This document shows positions 37,813 through 48,300 of a stretch of DNA of 64,000 bases, piece by piece. The number at the start of each line of letters is the position of its first letter. The stretch's first letter is position 1. The notes under the pieces are model-generated. The model was not told the origin of the DNA. It saw only the letters and a program-made list of their open reading frames with translations, and did no database searches. This DNA comes from a virus, in IMG/VR virus record IMGVR_UViG_3300034073_005046, positions 5,860-69,859 of that record; one strand, given 5' to 3'. Both the position numbers and the translations under genes were made by a program.

Positions 37813-37823
37813 AGTGTGTCAGA

Positions 37824-38543
37824 TTAGCCAACAGTGCCGACGATGGCGGTGCCGCCGGACCCAGTAGCCGATTCCTGGCCCGCCTCAGTGGTGTCGATTT
37901 CTAGGCTGACAACATCTCCTACGGCGAAACCGTCGCCACCATCAACGATGGCGGTTAGAGCGGTGATCACACCGGCCACTATCGTGGCCTCGACAACTGC
38001 GTCAGCGTATTGGTCGGGGTCAGTCTGGTCGCCGAGGGCGAGGGTTGCCAAGAACACAACGCCAGTCTCGTCTTCATCCGCACCGTCGATGGTGTAGCCG
38101 CTACCGCCCTCGTCAAGAGTCAGAGTGAGAATCGGGCCGACGGGAGTCACGTTATCTAGGATTTCGGCCAACACCACACTGAGGTCGTAGACAGCCACCA
38201 TGAAGTGGAAGTCTTCTTCGCCAGCAATACCCACGTATCGGGTCACATTAACGAGCTGGTCGTTGAGACGGGAAACATAAGCGCTGGGAACGTCCGGATT
38301 ATTGACCAACGCATCTACGATTAGCTCGAGGGTGCCGTAGGCGAACTTCTTCGCCTCAAAGCCCATGCTCGGGCCGCAGAGGACAAACTGATCTTTGAGC
38401 GAGGTGCGAGCGGAGGGGGTGTTGGAGCCGGTATCGTACTCAAGTACGAGTTTGTTGGCCAATGCGTCGGTGAGGAAGGTCTGAAGTTCGCGCTTAAACT
38501 CGAACTGAATACCAACCAATTTCTTAAGTGTTGCTGCGGACAT
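37824..38543 (-). CDS. Putative virion structural protein
   Basis: GGSGY / GGDGF beta-repeat motifs common in cyanophage structural proteins. Preceded by a class L motif. Confidence 0.55.
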   Translation of the reverse strand: MSAATLKKLVGIQFEFKRELQTFLTDALANKLVLEYDTGSNTPSARTSLKDQFVLCGPSMGFEAKKFAYGTLELIVDALVNNPDVPSAYVSRLNDQLVNVTRYVGIAGEEDFHFMVAVYDLSVVLAEILDNVTPVGPILTLTLDEGGSGYTIDGADEDETGVVFLATLALGDQTDPDQYADAVVEATIVAGVITALTAIVDGGDGFAVGDVVSLEIDTTEAGQESATGSGGTAIVGTVG

Positions 38544-38577
38544 GGGAATTTACCCTGTTACTATACGTCTTCGTATA

Positions 38578-38587
38578 GCTTTCAACG
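38578..38587 (-). promoter_or_regulatory. Class L motif CGTTGAAAGC
   Basis: Exact 10-mer, about 35 bp upstream of ATG 38543. Confidence 0.7.
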
Positions 38588-38591
38588 AGAT

Positions 38592-38921
38592 TCAGGCTAC
38601 GCGGACCTTGAGGATACTGCCTGTTCGATAAAGGCCGCCCACGGCGACAGCCGGATCCGCTGCTGCGGCTGCGGAGTCGTCAGCGAACTCCCTTAAGCCG
38701 GTAAAATCGATTCGGTCGTAGGCGATAGCCGTATTACCATTCACCGTCTTAGCCACGCCGTCCAACCCGACATAGTACAGCTCCTCATGGATCTCATTGA
38801 GGAACAGCTCACCCCGCTTCGCGTTAGCGGCATCGGTATCGTATAGATCTTGGACGTATTGCTGGCGTTTCGTGGTGTCGGCGGTGAACCGGACCCCCCA
38901 GCGAGGCATAGGAACAGTCAT
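38592..38921 (-). CDS. Small putative virion/fibre-associated protein
   Basis: GELFLN...LYY and FADDSAAAA...VGGLYRTG..LKVR motifs seen in phage fibre proteins. Confidence 0.55.
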   Translation of the reverse strand: MTVPMPRWGVRFTADTTKRQQYVQDLYDTDAANAKRGELFLNEIHEELYYVGLDGVAKTVNGNTAIAYDRIDFTGLREFADDSAAAAADPAVAVGGLYRTGSILKVRVA

Positions 38922-38947
38922 TTGAAATCGTTATCTCTCTCTACACT

Positions 38948-38957
38948 GCTTTCAACG
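38948..38957 (-). promoter_or_regulatory. Class L motif CGTTGAAAGC(AGTG)TAG
   Basis: Exact, about 27 bp upstream of ATG 38921. Confidence 0.75.
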
Positions 38958-38980
38958 CCTGGCTACGCCAGGCAGGTGTG

Positions 38981-38989
38981 TGCTAGAGT
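38981..38989 (+). promoter_or_regulatory. Extended -10-like TGCTAGAGT
   Basis: About 18 bp upstream of the kinase ORF. Imperfect match. Confidence 0.45.
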
Positions 38990-39007
38990 AAGGTAGAGTT
39001 CAACTAT

Positions 39008-39604
39008 GTGACTGTGGAGACCATCATCGTTCTCGGTGCTGACCGGGTAGGAAAGACTACGGCCGTCTCCAACACAAGAGAGTTGATTAGCGGATACGGG
39101 TCAACTGTCCTCCAAGCCCACTTCGGCCCAGTGTCAGAGAAAGACCATTATCCTGGGCAGCAATTTGCTGACTTTATCTACGGTATCGATAACATAAACA
39201 CCGATTTTCTCCTCCTAGATAGATTTGTCCCCGATACATTGTTCTATGAGCCCCGCCGGAATGGCTTTCCGAGTATGCCTTACGAGTACGCCAATCACAT
39301 CGAGTCGATGTATATGTCGGCCTCAGGCCGGCTCGACCTCGTGCTGATCAGACACCAGTGGAATACGGACATAGAAGAGAGACATCTTGCCGAGATAGCA
39401 AAACTCTACCCAAACCGAACACCGTATTGGGAGAGCATTAACCTCAAGGCGAGAGAGGCTGAGCATAAGGCGTATTATGAATTTATCGAAAACTACCTCA
39501 CATCTTACTCCCTCCTGCCCTCGACCTCGATTCACTACCTTGATGGGGAGATCTACGACTCTGATATCAACCTCTCGTATTGTGAGAGTCTTCAGTTACC
39601 ATAA
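39008..39604 (+). CDS. P-loop nucleotide kinase (thymidylate/dNMP kinase-like)
   Basis: GADRVGKT and LLDRF motifs. Confidence 0.65.
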   Translation: MTVETIIVLGADRVGKTTAVSNTRELISGYGSTVLQAHFGPVSEKDHYPGQQFADFIYGIDNINTDFLLLDRFVPDTLFYEPRRNGFPSMPYEYANHIESMYMSASGRLDLVLIRHQWNTDIEERHLAEIAKLYPNRTPYWESINLKAREAEHKAYYEFIENYLTSYSLLPSTSIHYLDGEIYDSDINLSYCESLQLP

Positions 39605-39608
39605 GCAG

Positions 39609-39618
39609 TGTTGAAAGC
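39609..39618 (+). promoter_or_regulatory. Class L variant TGTTGAAAGC(TAGG)TAA
   Basis: One mismatch, about 100 bp upstream of the phoH ATG. Confidence 0.6.
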
Positions 39619-39625
39619 TAGGTAA

Positions 39626-39704
39626 GGGTTGAGGACAAGCCTTTGACCAGAGAAACTAACCTCTAATCCGGTGTGCGGACACGTTCTCGTGGTCCGCATT
39701 TTTT
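39626..39704 (+). ncRNA. Candidate two-hairpin small RNA or phoH attenuator leader
   Basis: Promoter motif, then a 5' hairpin GGTTGAGG/CCTTTGACC, an unpaired linker, and a terminator hairpin plus T6. Confidence 0.35.
39674..39704 (+). terminator. Intrinsic terminator upstream of phoH
   Basis: TGCGGAC-ACG/CGT-G-GTCCGCA stem followed by TTTTTT. Confidence 0.7.
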
Positions 39705-39717
39705 GTATCTATTCAAC

Positions 39718-40476
39718 ATGCCTAAAGCACGGACGAGAAAAGAGAAGGTGACAGAAGCCTCTGTCCCCGGATACGATGAAATTGCGTATGGGATTCCAGC
39801 GACGCGTGGTGACGGGGTCTGCTCGATCCACCCGAGAAACGAGAGCCAGCGCGAGGCGTTGGAGTATTTGCGGACCAAGACGCTCACGATTCTCACTGGC
39901 CCCCCTGGAACAGCGAAAACCCTCCTCTCTGTCTACATCGCATGCGAGAAGCTACAAAAGCGCCAAATCGATAAGATCTACTACATCAAACCGATTGTCG
40001 ACACGCCTGGAGAGAAAGGAATCGGATATCTCCCAGGAGATGAGTCGCAAAAACTCGAGCCACACATCGCCTCGCTTCGCGACGCATTGAGTGTGTTCAT
40101 GGCGAAGGGTAAGGCCGACTATCTTATCGACAAAAAGATCATTGAGTTCCTGCCCATCGAACACCTACGAGGCAGATCACTACACCGGTGTATGATTATC
40201 GCCGACGAGATGCAGAATGCGACGAGCCACAGCGTGCTCACAATCCTCACTAGGCTGGGCGATCACAGCAGTATCGCGATGCTGGGCGATGTGGTTCAGA
40301 GGGACTTGGCGAATCGCTTTGGCAAGGATGGCCTTTCCGATGCTGCAAGACGCCTAGGATCTGACACCGAACACATCGGCCATGTAAACTTCGGCTTCGA
40401 CGATATCGTTCGCTCGGAGTTTGTCAGGAATGTGATTCTGGCTTACTCCGACCTCTACGAGAGCCGGGCGGCGTAG
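39718..40476 (+). CDS. phoH: PhoH family ATPase
   Basis: GPPGTAKT, GYLPGD, LRGRS, DEMQN, LTRLG, GD..Q.DL and DIVRS..V. ATG at 39718. Confidence 0.93.
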   Translation: MPKARTRKEKVTEASVPGYDEIAYGIPATRGDGVCSIHPRNESQREALEYLRTKTLTILTGPPGTAKTLLSVYIACEKLQKRQIDKIYYIKPIVDTPGEKGIGYLPGDESQKLEPHIASLRDALSVFMAKGKADYLIDKKIIEFLPIEHLRGRSLHRCMIIADEMQNATSHSVLTILTRLGDHSSIAMLGDVVQRDLANRFGKDGLSDAARRLGSDTEHIGHVNFGFDDIVRSEFVRNVILAYSDLYESRAA

Positions 40477-40654
40477 GTCCCTGAATACTGGAAGGCATGA
40501 AAAGGCCCGCCGCGAACATCCAACGGTCTACACACTGGTTGGGTGAATGCGGGCCTCTCGTCCAGTTTGGTATCTCACACGATGAGATGAAGGCTAGGCA
40601 GAATAATACCTCGGCTATTAAAAACGCGGTCCCTTCTAAGTTGATTCTATTCAT
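40424..40654 (-). CDS. Small membrane/lipoprotein-like protein
   Basis: Hydrophobic N-terminus ending in FISSC. Has its own class L variant and overlaps the phoH 3' end. Confidence 0.5.
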   Translation of the reverse strand: MNRINLEGTAFLIAEVLFCLAFISSCEIPNWTRGPHSPNQCVDRWMFAAGLFMPSSIQGPTPPGSRRGRSKPESHS

Positions 40655-40679
40655 AGTGAACTTTTTTCCCTCTACTTAA

Positions 40680-40697
40680 TCTCTCAACGTTGAAAGC
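40680..40697. promoter_or_regulatory. Near-palindromic bidirectional class L site TCTCTCAACGTTGAAAGC
   Basis: Plus strand: exact motif plus AGTA-TAG before ATG 40722. Minus strand: CGTTGAGAGA-TTAAG-TAG before ATG 40654. Confidence 0.7.
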
Positions 40698-40721
40698 AGT
40701 ATAGGATTAGGCGTGTAAAGC

Positions 40722-43700
40722 ATGGCGACTCGGGTCGACGGAAACAGGGAATTATCTACTCTTCCTGAGTCTACTTTACTTCGAAAACTTAGGCTGAAGG
40801 TGCCTAGGCGCGAGGGCCAAGCGAATTTCATCGGCCTGAAGAGAAGTAATGCGTTGTCTGATGTCTCAGATTCTGGAGAGACTCTGGACAACATCCTTCG
40901 AAAGATCTCCCTTCTCGATGCAGCAGAGAGTAATAGGTACGGTGGTCCGTACAACGGGGTTGACTGGAGCGTAACTTCTGACTTCGTAGACGAAAATATA
41001 AACAAACAGTTTCTTCTCCCCTTATCCGGAGCGAGTATTGGTGGGGGATCGTTGGGTAGTCAGGTCTCCACCGACCCTAGGATTCGCATCGAAGATCGGA
41101 TTAGCCTCGCCGGATCGTTTGTGGGAGATGGCAGCTACCCCGGTCTGCACAACGGACCTGATGCCCAGTTTTATAAAGACCCTGGACCACAGGAAATTGG
41201 ATACATAGAATTTAGTTTTTCTGGCAGCAGTGTAACAGTAACCCAGCTTAAGAATCCCGACGAGGTTACTAATCTGTTGGTGTCAGAGATACTGGGTGAC
41301 CAAGACAGTGTTGTTCTAGACATAATCGGCTACGCCGACATCGACTTATCGGGATCAGGAATCTCCTTAAGGATAGACTCCCTCGGGCCTGCATGGACGG
41401 TGGAAAGCGGCCTGAGTGGTCTGAATCAGATACGTAGTATACTTGGCACGACTGAGTTTAATTCCACCTTATTTCGGATAAGTCGTGACTACTCCGTGCT
41501 CAATCCTCCTATCTGGTATACGGATGCCCCTGGCACAGAGTACGATGAGTTTAAGGTTCGGGAGAACGTTGATGGGACTTTGAGGTCGTTGGTGGCTAAG
41601 AGCTACTGGTATAGCCGAGAGTACGTAGAATCGAGGTGGTCGGATACTGAACGCAGCCTAATTGGTAGCAATAGTGTCGCTCAAGACTCTAATATGAGGT
41701 GGGCGGATAACCCCTCTCCACTTCGTGGAGAGCAGTACAATTGGGGGATTAGGTGGGATGGTTACTTGAGGATAGCCCCGGGAATTTACGGTCTACAAGT
41801 ACAAACAAACGTCGATGTCCGTATCGATTTGGGCATAGGATCCTCTAGCCCATACTGGGAAAATATCTTCGATACCAGATCTAACTCCGCCAAACAGTCG
41901 GAAGATCTGTATATATCCTCAGCGACTTTCAGTACCCCTCAGGTCAACGATCTGTTCAAGTATGCGACGGGAGATGGAGCTGATGACTGGATCGCGTATG
42001 TTCCTATTACCATCCGGATGTTCAGAGGTGGCCCGGATAGATCGGATCTAACTCTGCAGATACCAGATGAACCCAATCTGTTCATCAAAACCACCCCTAT
42101 ATCCGCTGAAACGACATTCTACTCCCAAGAACACGAAATTACTCTAAGCGGTACGGATGGAAACTGGAGTGTCGCGAGTGGGACGTTGAGCCAGATCATC
42201 GATGTGCTGGAAGATACGAGTGCGTCGGTTAGTTATCAACTTATTGGCCTAGGGGATACGATATTTATCTCTCCCATTTCCATAAACCTTACAACCGATG
42301 GTACGCTGGTGACTAGCGATACGACCGGCTTAGCAGCAGAAACCTACACCCTAAGCATATCCCCATCTCGTAGTTCGGAGTTCGATAGTAATCTGACCGC
42401 TTTGTGGAAAGGACGCATCGCATCACCGAGTCCGAGCCACCAGACGTATACCGATCTCATTGATGGGAGTTATACGCCCGATCAGCAGAAAGTAGATTTC
42501 CAGTCTCGGCCGGAGTGGTGGAAAGTCAGTGAGGGACATCCGTTTGACAGAGACTTGACATTGTCCGACAACAATACACCGTTGGATGGTCTACTCAGGA
42601 ATAGCTTTAAGTCTACTTTATCTTCTGATGCTCCTAATATCGGGTTATACGGAGACGGGTTGGGCGTATACTCATCTCGTCCCAATATCCTTATGGGCGA
42701 AGCGAGATATGATGTGGGATCTGATAGCCCAGGCTCTAACTACATCGGGGTGTTGCTGGAGGCTAACAGACTGGGAGAGGGAGGTCGACTCATTGTCAAC
42801 GCCCTGCCCATCAACAACTCCACTTTCTCTGCGGCCAATAGGCTAGGGCAAAACGACCTCGGTGGAGACCCAAATCACAAAACTTTAGCTTACAACAATG
42901 TAACTGACCGCATCGCTCAGATGTTCTTGTGGAACCCGGTCACACCAGATGGCAATGAGAACAAATACTATCTGCATTCCGATTTGACCGCGTTGTCGGC
43001 CAGCGACGATCCTACAACTCTCGGCTTCCCTGCCTTCTCCGATGCCACCTGGCTATCTCCCGTAACCATCTCAGCCACTGAAGTAGCCGATGATGATCTG
43101 TTTACCTCCGAGGTGGCCGGCTTCGTATCTCCCCTGACTCTGTCGGTAGAAAAAGTAACGGTCGGGGGATACGATATCCTCGGATTCAGCACGACGTTGC
43201 CCTCGATCCTAATCGGCGGTTCAGAGGTCGGCCAGTTTAGTGGGAAGTATGTTAAGTTTTACAACGAAACCGATCTCGCATTTCAGTATAAGTTTGTTGA
43301 TACGGGGGAAGGAATTTCTTTCTCAGACATCTTGAAGCTAACCTATAATCCTGGGTTCAACGCCACCCTGAGTGAGATTCCGAAGCCCCCTTCAGACCGG
43401 GTAACCCCGTTTGGTTTTGATCTGCCAGAGTACGGAGGCGGTCTGTGCTATCCGCCGTACGCTATCAATAACCCTCTACTCGAGGATATCGCCATTGACG
43501 ATACCAACCTCTATGATGATCAGGTTGCTGGGTACTACGATGTCTTTTGGGGTGACCATACTAAATCGGACTTAGGAGGTAATACTCTCACCATTACTGA
43601 AAAGCTCGAGTTCAACTCTACCGATATCGCCAGCGTAATCACTGAGTTAACTCCCACTGAACTCCTAGATACCGCGCTAAACTCCTCGGATTATACCCAC

Positions 43701-43817
43701 AGGCTTAGAATCGATGTCGCCTTAGACCCCACTCTCTACGATACCGACCAAATCGAGCATATCGGAAATGGGGAAAAAGTAAAAGATTCGTATTACGCCT
43801 ACGTCAACCTTGACTAG
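40722..43817 (+). CDS. Large virion protein with PA14-like domain
   Basis: GLKRSNALSDV N-terminal motif and WGIRWDGYL...GIY PA14-like segment. Confidence 0.6.
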   Translation: MATRVDGNRELSTLPESTLLRKLRLKVPRREGQANFIGLKRSNALSDVSDSGETLDNILRKISLLDAAESNRYGGPYNGVDWSVTSDFVDENINKQFLLPLSGASIGGGSLGSQVSTDPRIRIEDRISLAGSFVGDGSYPGLHNGPDAQFYKDPGPQEIGYIEFSFSGSSVTVTQLKNPDEVTNLLVSEILGDQDSVVLDIIGYADIDLSGSGISLRIDSLGPAWTVESGLSGLNQIRSILGTTEFNSTLFRISRDYSVLNPPIWYTDAPGTEYDEFKVRENVDGTLRSLVAKSYWYSREYVESRWSDTERSLIGSNSVAQDSNMRWADNPSPLRGEQYNWGIRWDGYLRIAPGIYGLQVQTNVDVRIDLGIGSSSPYWENIFDTRSNSAKQSEDLYISSATFSTPQVNDLFKYATGDGADDWIAYVPITIRMFRGGPDRSDLTLQIPDEPNLFIKTTPISAETTFYSQEHEITLSGTDGNWSVASGTLSQIIDVLEDTSASVSYQLIGLGDTIFISPISINLTTDGTLVTSDTTGLAAETYTLSISPSRSSEFDSNLTALWKGRIASPSPSHQTYTDLIDGSYTPDQQKVDFQSRPEWWKVSEGHPFDRDLTLSDNNTPLDGLLRNSFKSTLSSDAPNIGLYGDGLGVYSSRPNILMGEARYDVGSDSPGSNYIGVLLEANRLGEGGRLIVNALPINNSTFSAANRLGQNDLGGDPNHKTLAYNNVTDRIAQMFLWNPVTPDGNENKYYLHSDLTALSASDDPTTLGFPAFSDATWLSPVTISATEVADDDLFTSEVAGFVSPLTLSVEKVTVGGYDILGFSTTLPSILIGGSEVGQFSGKYVKFYNETDLAFQYKFVDTGEGISFSDILKLTYNPGFNATLSEIPKPPSDRVTPFGFDLPEYGGGLCYPPYAINNPLLEDIAIDDTNLYDDQVAGYYDVFWGDHTKSDLGGNTLTITEKLEFNSTDIASVITELTPTELLDTALNSSDYTHRLRIDVALDPTLYDTDQIEHIGNGEKVKDSYYAYVNLD

Positions 43818-45388
43818 ATAGCCAAAATCTTCGCATCTTTTGTAGTGTTATCCTCGTCGACGTAGGAGAATAGAGGCCAGGAGTCTACGATACCACGGAT
43901 ATTTTCCTCGACAGTCAATGTGCGGTGGTACACAAATCCGCCATCTTTTCCAGTGTCCGAGATGTTTTGGACCAGAGTCCCAAGCTGAGTGTTAAACCCC
44001 CGCACCGAACTGTTTGACAGAGCTGTGCCGGGTTTATAATACCCCGCGCTAATCGCATAGAGGTTTGAAGTGGCAGGCTCTAGTCCTCCTGAACCATCAA
44101 ACTGAGAGACAATCGGGCTCAAGTAGCTACGGCCACTTTGGCTGAAGAAGGGTTTGTCGTCAGTGCTGAATACGCGCTGGTATTTTTCCCCAGTAAACAA
44201 CCAGATCCCTGGAACAGACACCCCGTCGATGCTTACTTGCCCTGGTTGATTAGTTTGGTCCCGTAGTTCGAAGAATTCAAGGTTAGGGTCATCGATGACG
44301 CCGTCAGGATCCCTAAAAACCACCCTATAATCAGACTGGATATTCAATCCGCTGAATCGGTTATAGGTGAACCCTAGCTCATTCTCGCTACTTTGGATCT
44401 TAACATTCTGAACAAAGCTAGAGAGGTCTGATCTAACCGACTCAATGGAGTTTGAGATAGACCGTAGGTTAGAGGTTAGACCTGGTCCGGGCTCATAAGA
44501 CTCATCATAGCTGTAGAACAGAGAGCGACCGTCCAGTTTGTATAACTGAAGGAGGTTTGAAGACGATAATGTATCGTATCTACCTAGCGATAGAGTAGCA
44601 AACTGAAAGGAGTTATAGATCTCACCAAGGTATACCCACTCCTCCTCTTTCTCATCATATAACAGGAATCCATCCTGTCTCGCAGATCGGACGATATAGG
44701 TATACTTCTCGTTCTTAAAGGTGGCTTTATACCCAACCGCCCCGTTATCATAATAGACTTGATACAGTGCGTTGCCAGCATACCTAATGCACTTATCTTC
44801 TGCCGGGTCGTCTTCACCATAGCAGGAGGGTATAGGTTCAAGGATTTCGTCGGGCAGATAGTTGGTTCCCTGGCTAACAATCGACACATTGCGGCTCAAC
44901 GTCCCATCTGCATTGACAGTCACTGCCACAATCGCATCAGTAGAGCCTGACTCAAGTCCTTTAACTCTAACCTGTACGGTGGCCGGATAGGCTAACTCAG
45001 TCCCTGAGGAAGTCCGGGCTTCGTATTGTGTCCCAGTACCAATCAAGCTAATATTAACAATCGCACCCGTGTCAGAAACATAAATCGGTGCGCCTGGGTC
45101 GGAGTCTTCTCTTTGGTCCAGAGCTATTTCCTTGAACCAAACCCTATTGCCCTCGGAGAAGGTAAAAGTATCGGTTACGAAACGTGTACGAAGCACAGTG
45201 TTTCCGTTCACATCGACGAACGGGTCGTTCACAGCCCCGTAGACTTTCTCGTTCTCCGATTCTAGTCGGCTGGAAAAGGAGAAAAGGCTGACATCTTCTT
45301 GAATCTGAGGTCCATACAGCTTCTGCAGTGCATCAATTGCGTTTAGGCCGTCCTCGGATAGGTTGTATTTAGTATAAAGTCCGGACAT
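43814..45388 (-). CDS. Putative virion structural protein
   Basis: GLYTKYNLSE N-terminus and GTGTQY/GTNY motifs, in the structural operon. Confidence 0.55.
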   Translation of the reverse strand: MSGLYTKYNLSEDGLNAIDALQKLYGPQIQEDVSLFSFSSRLESENEKVYGAVNDPFVDVNGNTVLRTRFVTDTFTFSEGNRVWFKEIALDQREDSDPGAPIYVSDTGAIVNISLIGTGTQYEARTSSGTELAYPATVQVRVKGLESGSTDAIVAVTVNADGTLSRNVSIVSQGTNYLPDEILEPIPSCYGEDDPAEDKCIRYAGNALYQVYYDNGAVGYKATFKNEKYTYIVRSARQDGFLLYDEKEEEWVYLGEIYNSFQFATLSLGRYDTLSSSNLLQLYKLDGRSLFYSYDESYEPGPGLTSNLRSISNSIESVRSDLSSFVQNVKIQSSENELGFTYNRFSGLNIQSDYRVVFRDPDGVIDDPNLEFFELRDQTNQPGQVSIDGVSVPGIWLFTGEKYQRVFSTDDKPFFSQSGRSYLSPIVSQFDGSGGLEPATSNLYAISAGYYKPGTALSNSSVRGFNTQLGTLVQNISDTGKDGGFVYHRTLTVEENIRGIVDSWPLFSYVDEDNTTKDAKILAI

Positions 45389-45392
45389 GATT

Positions 45393-48300
45393 TTACGGGT
45401 TGACTAGGTCGGCCGGATCATATCCAGCGTCGATGATTGATTGGTATCGTGTGGTGGAGTTTGAGTACTCAGTAGATACGATGGTAGGGGAGGTGTCAGG
45501 GGATCTGTAAGTAAAGCCTAGGTCTATCAGGATACCCCTAAGGTTTTTAAACAAAATGGCGACCGGATTCTCCTCGATGATTTGCCTTTTGTCCGTTCGG
45601 GTCTTGTAATACGTACCGCTCACCAGCGATCCTGGGATAGATACAGTGCGTGTTCCTACCTGAACCTCAACTGTGGTGGTGTTACCCTCCTCATCGGTAA
45701 GGGTTCTTTCCTCGTAAACCTTAAACAGTTCGTTTCGATACAACGAAGTAACAACATCGGATGCAGCGGAAACTGTTACTGGGAACACTTCGGATTGGGT
45801 GTAATTTTCTACCCCCGCCTTATTAAAGGCTAACCTAACCCTGCAGTTACTAAAGCGTCTACTTGCATCGAGGGTGGAGACTTCGGAGATTATTTCTCGT
45901 ATCTTCTCAGTGCTTAAGCTATTCCTAGAGAGATCGATAGTGATTCTTCTGCTATTGCCCGTGAAGATTTGGCTTAAGCTGCCGGACTCATAGCCCGATA
46001 TAGAGTTTGCGCTGAGGTCGAGGGCGGGATAGGAGTCGTCTCGTATATTAGAGAGGTTGGCACGGATGTTAAGAGTACCAGACAACTTACAATTACTCGC
46101 CCTAAACACAAGCAATGAGCTAAACCCTGTACCGAACCAGTCAGAGGTGTTGATGGTTCTCCGTACGAAGTAGAGAGGGGATGGGACTAAGCCGGGTATA
46201 TCAGAGTCTATGGTAACAGTCGTATTTGTGACAGACAAGACCCTTGCGAGATCCGGACCCCCCTCTGATGCTCTGATTACGTCGTTCACTTGGACCAACT
46301 GCTTGAAGTTACTTGCACCGGTAAGGGTATAAACGTTGTCGTCAGGGTCGGTTTGCGTAGATCGGACCATAGAAAGTCCAGAAACAGATGTCGATGAATC
46401 CGAGTCATTGACGTATTTGCCTCTCACCGCTGCGACTGACCAGTCGGAGGGATAGGTGGAAGGCAAAGAGTTGCTGATGTCTACGGTTTGAATGTTGGTG
46501 GTAGATGTACCCTGGAAAGTTGGCAATAAGCAGCCACTACCAGATGCGTTCTGACTATTAAACACCAGGCTACGGACATCTCTGGCAAAATAGAAGTTCG
46601 ATGAGTTGATGCTGAGGTTTCTCAGATCGTAGAAGTTACAGAGAGGAGAGTATATGCTGATCGATTTGGTGTCTGTCTCATACTGTAGTTTGAGTGGGAA
46701 TACTGGGAATTTACCGGTTAGCCCGCTGCGCTCGGTGTTTAGAGAGGTAAGGTTGTGTAGGTTATCCAGATCTCTGTTTCTAAAACGATAGGCTGGTGAG
46801 AAGTAGTTTACCGTCAGATCTGTCAACCTATGTTCGTTTCCAAGGGAACGAGAGGTGGCGAAGCTGGCGGGGAGAAGGTAACTTATCCCATTCGAGACCA
46901 CAGCGCTGATGGAGTTGCAAGCCCCGATGTTTAGGGATTCTAGGCTTCCAGTATCCAGGGAGGAACCGAGGGTAGGCATTGGCCCGGTTGTCCCAGATCC
47001 GTACAGGGAAAGGGAGCGGAGCTTCGGTACACGTAGAGGGGAAGTCGGGCTAACGAACTGTGCTCCGCCGGAGAACGAGGCGCCGAGGGAAACCAGATTC
47101 TGCCAAACCGCACTCTGCAGATCGATATCGATGTTGGTGTAAGTGATATCGATGGAAGTAGTTGTCCCCGTCCAATTCGACCAGGATTCGGAGGGGTCGT
47201 TGATATAGCCGGTCAGATTGTTAATTCGACCATAGACTCCGGCTACATTAAACGAATTTATCTTATACTTGGAGATGTGGCTAGGGCCATTGATTGTGTT
47301 GTCTGTATCCGTTGCCGATGTACCAATCGCTTCGATGGGTCCAGAGGTCCCCGTTCCACTCACATTGTAGTCTATAATTCCGCCGTTGTTATTAATCTTG
47401 GGCGGTGTACCAAAGATTACTTGAATATCGAGATTATTCGACCAAGAGACTGAGCGAAGGTTGGGGAAGATGTCGTCGAAGCGGGGATTTCGGCCGTAGA
47501 ATCTACCGCCTAGGGAGATAGAGGTGAGGGCTGAGAATTGGCGATAGTCGGTACCTGCGGTGCGAGATTGGTTGAGGATATACTTCTCGAACAACTGATC
47601 TGACCAGTCATCCCCGTCTTCATTAATCATCGCACCGGTCTTAGGGATAGTCAGGTATCCCGCTGCGGTGTACAAGGGGTGGGAGAAAGAAGGTGTGGCC
47701 GATGAATTCCTAATATCGAACCAGCCCATTGGGCCGCTACGCCAGGTGTCGCCGGATCCGGAGAGGTCGAGGGTGGTAAGCGTGGTTCGGAGAGTTTTTA
47801 GCCAGAGGGGTAGGATTGTCATCGATCCTCCGGATACTCTAAAAGTCCGAAGGTTATTAAACCCTACCAGGCCGAGATCTTTGCGGTCCGGGAACTCCCT
47901 GATATCGATGCCCTCAAACTCGATGCCAGCCACCTTCTCCGGGTTAACATAGAGGTATAGGTAGAGGTCGTAGAGGTTCTGGTAACCGGTACTTGTAATA
48001 TCGATGTCGAGGGTGTACGTACTGGATCCGGTTTGCTGAAACTTTTGGTCTACTGGTAGGAAGTCTACGGCAGGTGAGTTAGGCCTTTGTTGGGCAGGTT
48101 GGATCTGGTAGCCGAAGAAGTAGGGGGCTACGGAGTCGGTGAATGTAAATCTGACTCGGCCTGTAGCCATCCGGCAGTACACCCGGAGAGGGGTATTCTT
48201 TGTGGCGAGTAATCTGACTGGGGTTATTGTTCCTGTATTTCCATTATCGATGTTTACGGTTATGGCGTGGGACGGGTTTTCGACGATGGGCGATTTAGCC

